NCBI GenBank assembly: GCA_004764695.1
Contig: SMSO01000032.1
Location: 4,992,483-5,056,482, forward strand
Direction: 5' to 3'
Length of the DNA stretch: 64,000 nucleotides
Source of the DNA: Schizochytrium sp. TIO01
Taxonomy: Eukaryota > Protista > Bigyra: Labyrinthulomycetes
Part shown: positions 1 through 10,083 of the stretch, in pieces
Layout of the letters: each line of letters opens with the position of its first letter
Position numbering within the stretch: position 1 is the first letter of the stretch
Notes under the pieces: generated by a model
Seen by the model: only the letters and a program-made list of their open reading frames with translations
Told to the model about the DNA's origin: nothing
The model's database searches: none
Translations under genes and position numbers: made by a program

Positions 1-566
1 GCCTGTGCAATTCGCTGCGAAGCTGTGCACAACGAAGCTGAGTTCGGGATTTCCGTCCTCTTTGCTTAATCATAGGTGAGTAGTGTCATATATGTTAAAG
101 CCTAAGACTACGTTTGGGGCAATCGACACAGTTCTTTTTTCTGCATTGAAACATTACATCAAAATCAATTTGACGGGCAACATTTGGGGACCTTAGGCGT
201 TGTGAATTTCAGGATCGTTGGTTGACTGACGGCAGAGAATCCCGCAAGGGTTTGCGAAAAGGTGCTTTAGAGTTTTGGGAAGGTGTTGAGGTGATTGTGC
301 GTGCTTGAGCTTACTGGAAAAGCGGAGTACCGTTGGCAGAACTGGGCTCGCTTCCTTGGGGCGGTCAACGTGAGCTTTGCCGAGAATAGAGAACGATCAC
401 TGCCTGGATTCGAGCTGGGATAAAGCGAGACCCACAAGAGAGGGTGAAACGGAAGAGCTCAGGAGTGCCAGCTCCAGAGACCTGAGGGATTCTGGGATAG
501 CGAGAGTACAGGAAGATAGCAGAAATACAGTGGAAAACTGAGCTTGTGCAGCAACAAATACAAAGA

Positions 567-2120
567 ATGAGCTCGCCCGGTAATTCGAGACGAGGCCAGC
601 AGAATGGGGGATCGCAGCTCAGACTGAGTGATGCCGGATTCGTGTCTGTGAGCAAGCGCAAGAGAAACGGAGCTGCTCAACAGCACCACAAGGCAAGCAT
701 AGAGCAAGCCTCGAAGGCCAAACGCCAAGCTGGCGCGGCAAGCGCAAGCGTAGCTACGTCCAGCACCACAAATTCTGGAGCTCGACTAGTACACAAGCAC
801 CCCAATGGCCCTCGCAGAGGCACGCGCACCTATGCTCGAAACAACATCATGAACAAGCTCCACCTTCGGGAGATGAGTATGGCTGGTTGTAAATCATTTC
901 AAGCTCGCACTGCGAAAGAGCGCTTCAAGGGAATCCGTCCAAGCGGCATCCTTGATGCCCAAGACCCAGACACTGATGAGGTGAAGCTCTGCTTTCTACG
1001 CAGACGCTCCAAGGTTGTCGAAATCGTTGCGGCGCACGAACTTGTTTTTGGCCTCACCCAGACCGGTATCTGTACAGCCTTTGATCGCACAACACGCAAG
1101 CGCGTTTGTTTCCTCAACACTGCCCCAGATGAAGTCGTGCGAAGTCTGTTTTACAACAAATCAAATGATTCCCTCATCACTGTCTCTGTGTATCGCACTG
1201 ACAACTATAGTTCGCTCAAGTGCAGATCAACTCGCATTGAGTACATTCGTCAAAAGCAACCAGAGAAGGGCTTTCCTCTTTTCGAATCTGAGTCTCTGCG
1301 CTGGCCTGGGTTTGTTGAGTTCGATGATGTTAATGGCAAGGTACTAACCTATTCGGCCAAGGAGAAAGTGTACAAGATCTGGGACTTGGTGAATTACTCT
1401 TTGCTTTATTCAATCGAGGACAAAGGCATTCAAGAGATCAAAATTTCTCCTGGAATCATGCTTCTCATTTACGGTCGCTCCTTGTGCGGAAGCCACGTTC
1501 CTCTTCGCATCATGTCGATTGATAACGGTGAAGATCTCAAATCTTTCAACCACCCTTTGCATCCACATCGCAAGATTGATTTCATCGAACAGTTTAACGA
1601 GAAACTTCTAGTCAAGCAGGAAGATGGCAACCTTCAAATCATTGATGTTCGCACATCAACATGCCATGAAGTGCCCAGTACAGACTTTCTTACCCCTACA
1701 GCTTTTATCTTCCTTTATGAGTCGATGAGCTTTCTCACTTTCAAGGAGCGCTCTGTCGCCGTTTGGGACTTCCGTGGAGAACTCATTTCGCGCTTCGATG
1801 ATCATGAGCTGTGGCACCCTGACTGCAATACTAACAACATTTACATCTCCTCAGGACAAGAGCTCATCATTTCCTACTGTAAGAATGGTGACGCCCCCAC
1901 TGGATCCATCAACATCTCAGACATTCTATCTGGCAAGTGTATCTCCAAAATCGAGCCCCCCAAAGTAATGGATACTACAGATGAATGTGCAGTGCGCCGG
2001 GCTACAGAGTTCGAGCAAGGTTTAGAACATGTCACTGCACTCTTTTATAACGAGGACCTGAACGAAATTTATACTGGCAATCGCGCAGGCCACATTGTAG
2101 TGTGGTCCAATCGCCCTTAA
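567..2120 (+). CDS. Conserved WD40/beta-propeller-like protein of unknown function
   Basis: Long uninterrupted ORF; first in-frame ATG at 567. Low-complexity basic N-terminus, then a beta-rich domain with WD-like strands (KVYKIWDL, SVAVWDF, VTALFYNEDLNEIYTGNRAGHIVVW). Resembles an uncharacterised plant/protist transducin/WD40 family. Confidence 0.75.
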   Translation: MSSPGNSRRGQQNGGSQLRLSDAGFVSVSKRKRNGAAQQHHKASIEQASKAKRQAGAASASVATSSTTNSGARLVHKHPNGPRRGTRTYARNNIMNKLHLREMSMAGCKSFQARTAKERFKGIRPSGILDAQDPDTDEVKLCFLRRRSKVVEIVAAHELVFGLTQTGICTAFDRTTRKRVCFLNTAPDEVVRSLFYNKSNDSLITVSVYRTDNYSSLKCRSTRIEYIRQKQPEKGFPLFESESLRWPGFVEFDDVNGKVLTYSAKEKVYKIWDLVNYSLLYSIEDKGIQEIKISPGIMLLIYGRSLCGSHVPLRIMSIDNGEDLKSFNHPLHPHRKIDFIEQFNEKLLVKQEDGNLQIIDVRTSTCHEVPSTDFLTPTAFIFLYESMSFLTFKERSVAVWDFRGELISRFDDHELWHPDCNTNNIYISSGQELIISYCKNGDAPTGSINISDILSGKCISKIEPPKVMDTTDECAVRRATEFEQGLEHVTALFYNEDLNEIYTGNRAGHIVVWSNRP

Positions 2121-2891
2121 GCAAAGTGAGTCACGAATAACTCATCACCTCAGCCATATTCGTTTCCAAGCCTTTGTCGCGCATGCAACTGCCGCTGTGA
2201 GAAGAACTTTACCACCGCCTCCCCTTTTCTCACTCCAGCCACCTTCAAAACTCGCAGCCCCGTGTGCAAGCCACCAGCAGTCTGTCGCGACTTTTGGAGT
2301 TGATCTCTCAGCTCCTTAAGAGAGAGAGGAGCACGCAAATGGAAAAATATCAAGGTCAAAATTTTCTATTCTCTTCTTTTCTTTCTTTAAAAATAATAAG
2401 GCAATGAAATATGTCCTCCCGTCTCGCCGTTCTCGCCTTGCACATCGACCACTCCTGGATTTGTCATTCTCCCAAGGTAAAGAAAAACGAGCACATCCTA
2501 CTTTAGAGTGAGTACAAGGCCATCTTGTACCCTAAATGAGCAACAGGAAGAAGACTGTCGGATTTGTTCTTGCATACCTTTCATTCAGAGTTCATAATTC
2601 ATCAACCTTGGCAACGATTTACACAGACAGACTACTCCGCTGTGCCTGTATACAGAGCTAACTAGTCTCCTCGTAGCCTCTTTCACAGCACATCATCTAT
2701 CATCGATTCTTAATCTGAAATCACCGATCTCTGATCACTGATAATCAACCTTTAAGTATTCATCTTGATTTTTCGACGATGAATCTTTGGCCATCGGACA
2801 TCATTAACCAGTGATCAATGATCACGAATCATTGAACATTGAACTTTCAGAATTCTTTGATCTTTGATTCTTGACCTAGACAGCGCAAAGT

Positions 2892-3631
2892 CTATCCCGA
2901 AACGAGTGCTTTTGACTTGGACTGTGTTAGAGACTTAGCATAATCAAGATGCTTCCTGAGCTGTTCTACATTCATGGAGCCAAGTCCAAACGGCACATCC
3001 TGACCAGCCTGTTTGTAGTAATGTTCGATTCGACCGAGGAGATCGTCTTTGATCTGTCGCTGACGCATTGCTTCAGCTTTCTCGCTTGAGACGCCTTGCA
3101 TGCCCTGCTGAGCCCTCTTCTCAGCAGCAGCAGCTGCCGAGGACCGAGCGTTATCGTTGCCTTGCTGGCGACCAGCAGCTGCAGATGAGCTTTGACCAAT
3201 GTGGTCGCCAAAATCATCGTCGAAGCCAAATGCTGCGCCGTGATCCTTTGTGGGTTTAGTAGATTTAGATTTGGTGGATTTGCCGAACTTGGCGTCGCTT
3301 TCAGCTTTTCGGGCCTCCACAGCGCGGGCCTGAGCTGCGCGGCGATCGTTGGCAGCAGCAGGAGCCTCTGATCCCCCTAACCTATGACCCTGGCCCTGGA
3401 AGGCGCTAGCCTGCCTCTGGCCGGTCGGACTCTGTGTCGTAAGATCGCGGTGGACGGTGAGAATGATGAAGACATGCCGTGAATTTGGGAATGCGAGCGT
3501 CAAATCAAGAGTTGCGAAGTGGTCAGTGGTCGCGTATTAAATAAAGCAAACAGAGAGGGGGGGTTAGAACGTACGGGTTGGCTGGGGTCGCGGACCGACG
3601 ACTCCCGGAGCACAGCGCAGCAGTTGCCCAT
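2892..3631 (-). CDS. Small lipid-anchored p97/Cdc48 adaptor, SVIP-like (2 exons: 3631-3575, 3431-2892)
   Basis: The ORF-track start is not an ATG. An upstream exon (ATG 3631, MGNCCAVLRESSVRDPSQP) joins in frame via a GTACGT...CACAG intron. MGNCC is a myristoylation/palmitoylation signal, FQGQGHRLGG is an SHP box, and RSSAAAAAEKR matches the VIM consensus RX5AAX2R. Confidence 0.75.
3432..3574 (-). other. Spliceosomal GT-AG intron (143 nt) of the SVIP-like gene
   Basis: Donor GTACGT at 3574, acceptor CACAG ending at 3432; phase-0 join preserves the reading frame. Confidence 0.75.
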
Positions 3632-4562
3632 CGCGGAGTCGCCAGTTCTGCACCGTGGTTTCGTACCTGCACGCCGCCGTCTTTGTCTGGCGCCACAACA
3701 GCCTTAAATACATTTACAATTTTAATTTTACTTTTCAATCAAAGTTTTTATAGTAAATTTCATCTCATCTCAAGTAGAATAAAATAGACAAATATTTGGA
3801 GGAGGCGGCGACAGCTCTAGATAGGTATAGGTAGGTAGGCACTGCTAGTTACCACACCGTTCCGTTTGGAGACGTAACGTTACGTTACAGAGTGAAACGA
3901 GCACTCGAAAAGAGAGCAGAAAAACAGGAACCACTTCGGGCAGGCTTCCTGAGATAAACAGAACCGGTTTGGACGAAGGATAGCGTGCCTCATAAAGCTC
4001 CTCTCATGATAACCTTAGGTATTCATTGTCTAAGGATGGACATGCATATTTGTTAGTTTAACAGTTGTCATGTGGCGCTTATCTCGACTTCGATTCTGGT
4101 CAATACCTAGCTAGGTAGAAAGCAGCTGTTCTCTGGAATATGTATATTCTTATTTATTTGTTTTTCGGGAAGGGAAGATAGAAAGGATGGAGGCGTCTTA
4201 CGTCCATGACAACTGTTCGAATAATTATCTGCACAAATATTCTGATAACTTATTTCTAATCCCAACGAAGGTCATCTTGACCAACTAACACGTAGTACCA
4301 GCAAGTACCAGCTCCAATGACGTACCAGTATTATTTTGGAAAAGGAAATTACTGAAGCAGAATTGTCATGTGTACCATATTCCAGATTAGCCGAAAACTT
4401 CACGAGAGTTGGAACATTCGCTGTATGACCATGCAAGAAATCTTGCCTTTGTGTGAATTAAAAGCCAATCTACTTTAAGTTTGAAGTATAACCGAGTGCA
4501 GGTGAAAGAAGAAGAAAAGTAATTTTAGGAATACTATCATGTCATGCAAATACGACGCATAA

Positions 4563-6620
4563 TTAGACCGGCCTGTCCCACTGAGTCTTTGAGAGGCTTT
4601 CGTTGAAATAATACACTTTACCTGATGAAGGGTCTTTAAGCTGGACCCAGCCAGGGGGGAGAGCATCAACAACTCTAGGTGGGGGTGGGGGAGGGACCTT
4701 TCTCGCAGCAGGGCTTGCCGGGGAGGGCGATCTTGACGCAACAGGGGAAGGTCTGGTGTTTGTTGGCCTGGGTGCAAGAATCGGTCCATCCCTGCGTGGC
4801 ATAACGCTGGGATGGTTACGTTCAAGAAGCGAACGCCCCCCTTGCACTTCATGTTTGTCGAGATTCGTAACACCGGGGCACAGTGCCAATTTCTCAAGCC
4901 AGTCGTTCTTTATCAGGTGGTCAGGGCACATAAGTACCCAAATGGTACCATCTTTGCCACGAACGGAAATAGCTTGCGGGCCATAATTAGGGTCGCTTCC
5001 GTACGCACGAAGTACAAGCGTGCCTTCGTGGCGGTAGTATCCGCGTGCAAGCCACTCTGACTCTCTTGCACACACGAGGATGTCATTGAAGAGCCAAAAG
5101 AACCATGGCTTAGGACCTTTTCTCTCCATGCGGTCGAGACGACCTTTAAAAAGATAAAAGCGTTTTGGGTTTGATAAAATCAATCGTGGTTGGAAAAGTC
5201 CTTCAATGCGAGTCACCTCACGCTGGTTTGCGCGCATATCGAGTGCACGACGCATGTACTCCTCAACTTTATGAAAAATGTCAAGTGCAACTTGAATATC
5301 TCCAATAGAAGGGTGATCTGATGCTGTGCGACGCTCAAGGTTGTGCAGCAGGTCAGTGTATTCTTTGATACGGTCTACAGGCCGACGCATTAGTTCATTA
5401 AGTGTAGGAACACCAGCACGCTGTGCAGCCTCGTCGATGCTACGGAAGGCAAGGCGCTCTTTGCGCATTTTTTCAATGATGGTTAGAGCCTCCTGATATC
5501 CCACAACATAGTCTGTGTATAATTCAAAGCGCGCAGCATAGTCTACAAAGATGGTGGCAAGTGATTGGTCGATCTCCATGGCAGCAAACGAAGTTTCAAG
5601 CTCGCCGCAGAACTCTGAGTTCATGGCAATGATTTCGTGGATGTTGCTAAAAATGAGTTTCGCTTCCTCGTCGTTGAGTGTTTTCTGTGAGAACCAGGTT
5701 TCCCCAGCTTGGATTTGCCCTCCCCAATGTGCCGGATTTTTTAGTGGTTTGATGTAATATTCCACAAGATTGTTCAGATCATGCAGATATTGGCGCTCAG
5801 ATTCAACAATCTCAGACATGGCCTCGAACCGCGGGACCTCCGCCTCAGGTAAGTCGGAAAAGTTCAGGCCAGTGGACTTAGGCGGTTCCGGTTCCGGAGG
5901 TGTTGGTACGCGCACTCGCATGGCATCAACATTGAACTCCTCGTGTCCGTCTGCAAACCTAACACGGTATTTATTCCTTGCGTCATGGCCCACGATTTCT
6001 GCCGGCTCCCACCTGCCAGAATTCAAGTCTAGCACTTCTACAGGTTCTCCAAGACCAAACATGCCTGTTGTATCAATCGGCTCTGGTTTCGGCGGCGGTG
6101 ATGGCTCCGGTGTCGGAACTCGCACAAGAGGCTCTTCCTCCGTTAGTTCATCAAATGCAGCTGCGAGCTCTTCGTCAAAGTCTGATCTGTACAGGCTCGG
6201 GTCAAAGTCATCTCCAGGCAAGTAGTTGATCTTCTCATGGGGCTCCAACCTAACCAAATCGCCACCGTTTAGCGCGTGGAGACGTTTTGCCTCTTCAACA
6301 AGAGCTCTCATTGCACCAAGTCTCCGCAGGAGTCTGTTCACATGGTCTCGTAGAAGTTTTTTGCTACGAGTATCTTTCACGGAAGGCACGGCTCGCAAAA
6401 AGCACGAGATGGCGGCGATATAGTTGTCTACTGCAGAGGTTGCGTGTCGCAAAAGAAGTGGAGGCGAGATCTCGGGGGCATCGTAGATCCTGCACGCCTT
6501 GTCATCGGAGACCGTGCCAAGCTCGGAGCGCACAAAGCCCTGGTTAATTGTTTCACGGACATCGATGCCACGAGCTTGCGACAGGTCCGCGCCATACGTG
6601 CGAGGAGAACTCGATGCCAT
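4563..6620 (-). CDS. Rho guanine nucleotide exchange factor (DH-PH) with N-terminal MIT-like and Tudor/Agenet-like modules and C-terminal WW domain
   Basis: DH signature RFEAMSEIVESERQYLHDL ... MRRPVDRIKEYTDLL; PH domain (WFFWLFNDILVCAR ... KNDWLEKL); WW domain LPPGWVQLKDPSSGKVYYFNESLSKTQWDRP. First ATG at 6620. Confidence 0.85.
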   Translation of the reverse strand: MASSSPRTYGADLSQARGIDVRETINQGFVRSELGTVSDDKACRIYDAPEISPPLLLRHATSAVDNYIAAISCFLRAVPSVKDTRSKKLLRDHVNRLLRRLGAMRALVEEAKRLHALNGGDLVRLEPHEKINYLPGDDFDPSLYRSDFDEELAAAFDELTEEEPLVRVPTPEPSPPPKPEPIDTTGMFGLGEPVEVLDLNSGRWEPAEIVGHDARNKYRVRFADGHEEFNVDAMRVRVPTPPEPEPPKSTGLNFSDLPEAEVPRFEAMSEIVESERQYLHDLNNLVEYYIKPLKNPAHWGGQIQAGETWFSQKTLNDEEAKLIFSNIHEIIAMNSEFCGELETSFAAMEIDQSLATIFVDYAARFELYTDYVVGYQEALTIIEKMRKERLAFRSIDEAAQRAGVPTLNELMRRPVDRIKEYTDLLHNLERRTASDHPSIGDIQVALDIFHKVEEYMRRALDMRANQREVTRIEGLFQPRLILSNPKRFYLFKGRLDRMERKGPKPWFFWLFNDILVCARESEWLARGYYRHEGTLVLRAYGSDPNYGPQAISVRGKDGTIWVLMCPDHLIKNDWLEKLALCPGVTNLDKHEVQGGRSLLERNHPSVMPRRDGPILAPRPTNTRPSPVASRSPSPASPAARKVPPPPPPRVVDALPPGWVQLKDPSSGKVYYFNESLSKTQWDRPV

Positions 6621-9347
6621 CGCACGCTTCACGCTCGCTCCCTGACTAAACTTCGCAATCAGCCGCCTAGATTGCCAACGTCAAAGTGTACTGCGGTTAC
6701 AAGCCCCCGCGATTCTTCGTTTGGTGCTCCGGTCGATCGGTCGTTCGTTCCAAGAATGTCCAAATCTGGTTTCCAGCATTGAGTCTCAAAGATTGTCTGC
6801 CTGCCTGCCTGCGCGCCTGCCGCCTTCCTCGGACGTGGGGAAAAGCTATCTAGCCTCTCCCAGCTTTTACTCCTACAATTTAATATCTGGCGTCTTGTAA
6901 TTTCGCACGAAAGCCGGTGCTGTCTCTTGAAAGAACTCCCTTCTGCTTCTTTTAGCTATATTTTTTTAGTTTTCTTCGAATTCTGTAATTTTATTAGGTG
7001 TATTTGTTAATACCCGATACGGTGCGTTCGGGCAATGCAGAAAAGCGATGTAAATCAGGACCTTCTTGAAAAGTTGCTCCTCTCGATGGATTACGAGTTG
7101 TTTGGTCGTAAATGTTCATAGACTGTGCTCCCCCATAAGTCTCTTGATCCCCGACGGTCCTAGTTTCAATTGCAGAGCCCAGGCCTGAATTGCGAACCGT
7201 GTCGGCTGTTCTGGGTGCGACAGAAACCCTCCGAACTGGATGGAGTCAGCTATTTCTCGGAACTGACTAATTGGTTTAAGTCGAACTTCTTGTTGTCCGT
7301 GTTGTCAATGCTGGCGATGCTGTTATGGGTGACCACCGTGATCTAGTGGTCCCTTTTAATCACATTACTGCATTGCATAAAACGAAAGAAAGAACACCAA
7401 TGTGGCGCCACCTTCCCCCTAACGTGATTCTGTAGTATGTATTGAACGGATTGAAGCTACGGGGTCAGAAATGGCATTGCGGGCAAGGAAGATCTGGGAT
7501 GGCAACAGTACGAACAGGTCATCTAGGAGATGATCACCACTGACTCTGGAGAGAAGGAGTTAATGCCACGCTTGCGGAGCTCGGATTGAGGGAAACCATA
7601 AAACTTAACTTTGGAAGGAGACGTAATTCAGACCCGGGGTTCAATAAGCTGCGTTCATGAGTTCGCGGTTGGAAAGCTGCCTTTGGCCGCTGACCGAACA
7701 CCTTCATGCAGATGAATCAACCGTGGCACTCTGTCTTTATCTTGTTGGAGAATGAAAGAAAGCTAGACATCTGGTACCTAGCACAGGACCAATTTGCTTG
7801 TTGAGTTGAAGAAATTGGCTGAAAGTGCAAATACAGAAGCAATTGCAGCAGCAGTTTGGGAGGAAGCGGTGGATCAGGTCTGCTGATATTCGAGTCGTTG
7901 GTGCATTTAATTGTGTAAATGGCCACTTGAGTTGGCTGAATAGAATAGAATAATGTAAGCAATTGTGGCATAACCTTTCGATTGTGGGTCAGTGAATCGG
8001 GGACGAGATGCACGCCCAGCCGTGGGCAGACGGACTATTCCCAATGTGCCACGCGTTGAAGAAGAGAGGCATATAGTTTACGGCAACTGGTCTCTTGCTC
8101 GCCTCAAACCTGTGAGAATTCACCGTTCGAAGAAGTATAGGTTGAGCGTGCTTCTCTGTCTTCACTTCATCGAAGTGCCGCTCGTAATACTATTAATCTT
8201 AACCTCTAATCAGTTAGCCTAACCGATCATCGTAGTCAGATACTTGTGGAAAGCACTCGTTTCATGGCACATGCGATACATATCTTAATGCCAAAGGTCC
8301 AACCAGAGCATTGCTCGAAATAAGTAAGTATTTCTGATGGGATTTATGATTTTGATAAGAATTCTGCAAAAGTTCTTCTGGCCCTTTCTAAATAGAACGT
8401 TCTGATCGCAGTAGAACGTAGACAAATTCGCTTGATAATTTTAGTGTACCTGCACTATTGCTATTCTACTTTCAGCCTCTAGAGTCCAGCGTATCAACTC
8501 CGACTCAAAAACCCAGAAGCCAAGCATTCGTTGTTAGAGGTGTGTGCGATGCTTGCACACACCTCATCGCAGTCTTGCCATGCTTGTGTTCGATGACAAT
8601 GACAGCGGTTGTGCTCAGAGAATCGAACTTGAGCATAGTTTCGTGCAATTTCTTGAAGTGCACATGCCAAAAAAATCAATGACGATAAAGGAAATATTCC
8701 TGTCTATAAGGAAAATATGGCATTCTTGCCATTCATTGTGCCAGAATGAACTGACTCCGCAACCAAAATCTTTCCCAGCCGGAGTTTTTGACAAGAAGTT
8801 CTGGACTCAATCACCGCCACTCTCTTGACGTGGTGAAAAGCTCTGGTACGAACCTGGTATCTTGGAATCTGCAAATGAGCGCGAACTCGGAGATTTAAGC
8901 TCCATTGCCGATTGTTGGATTACAATGGTAGAAAGTCATTGTGTGAGTGAATGAAAAGTTTTCGCTTCATTGCTCTTCAGGTTGGACTTGGGAGAAGAAG
9001 AAGCTACCGATGCCAAAACCCAAACTTAAAAACGAGGTGAGTGTGCATTGTTCGTGCGTGAGCTTGCCTGCAGCGCCTTTCGAAAGACGCAGGCGCCTGC
9101 ACGCAAGCTCGTGTGCCTTGTTGTCCAACGCAACTTCACATGCGCTCGAGCTGCTACAGCGATCACAATGCTAAGAAGCGCTGTACAGTACAACCAAGAG
9201 AGGTTTTGACGTTTCTGAAAGATCTTGAAGACTAACTCCAACTTACCAACCTTTCGGCACTTTGGTGTTGTTCTGATGCACGTTAATGTCTCTGCACGAT
9301 ATAAGTAGACGTAGCGTCGAATACTTTCTTTGCAAGTTCTTTTCATC

Positions 9348-9665
9348 ATGGCAACTCCAGTTACGTACACAATTGCAGGGTATCACTATTGCGGGTACTT
9401 TGAGTCTGCCAAGTCAGATGCGGAGGCGCTCAAGGCCAAGCACCCTGAGGTTTCTGTGGAGGTCATTGCGTACCCACGTTCTGAGTACAAGAGCTGGCTG
9501 CAGACAAAGCTTGAAGGCACTGGTATCAGGCACACAACCAGCCCAGCTGTTTGGAAGGGTACCCCTGAAGAAGGGACCTTCATTGGCGGGGCCTCTGAAT
9601 TTAGGGACTACATCAAGTCTGAGTACAAATCTGTGGAGGTTGGCAGCACTTGCTCCATCATGTAG
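9348..9665 (+). CDS. Small glutaredoxin/thioredoxin-fold protein with C-terminal CAAX box
   Basis: 105 aa; CGYF at the Grx active-site position, cis-Pro motif TSPAVW, FIGG kink; ends in CSIM-stop. Confidence 0.7.
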   Translation: MATPVTYTIAGYHYCGYFESAKSDAEALKAKHPEVSVEVIAYPRSEYKSWLQTKLEGTGIRHTTSPAVWKGTPEEGTFIGGASEFRDYIKSEYKSVEVGSTCSIM

Positions 9666-10083
9666 ACAGACCGAATATAGAAATTTCCTCCGAGGATGTG
9701 CATCCTGCATTTAGAACTCAGCAACACTTCTCCTGTTGAGTGTCTCTTGTGTTTTAAAACGAGACGGAGCAAAGGGATCTAAGCATCGCCTCACCTCTAC
9801 CATTTGTAGTCAATTCTAATCATAAATAGAAACCTATGTTTGATTTTACAGTTTCCTAACTGTGAAGAATATTCTCCCCCAATCAAGAAACAAATAAAGT
9901 TTCAGGTACTGCCAAAACAGCACATAGAAGACGCAGGGTTATATATATATATATATATAGTAAGCTATTGAAGAAAACGCCGGATCCTTTTTACTGCATC
10001 GAAGAAAATATATACCAGATGTTGGTCTTATGAAGTTTATGACTCTCCTTTTTTGCATGGGATCTGCGGGCAAGAAAGTGAGC

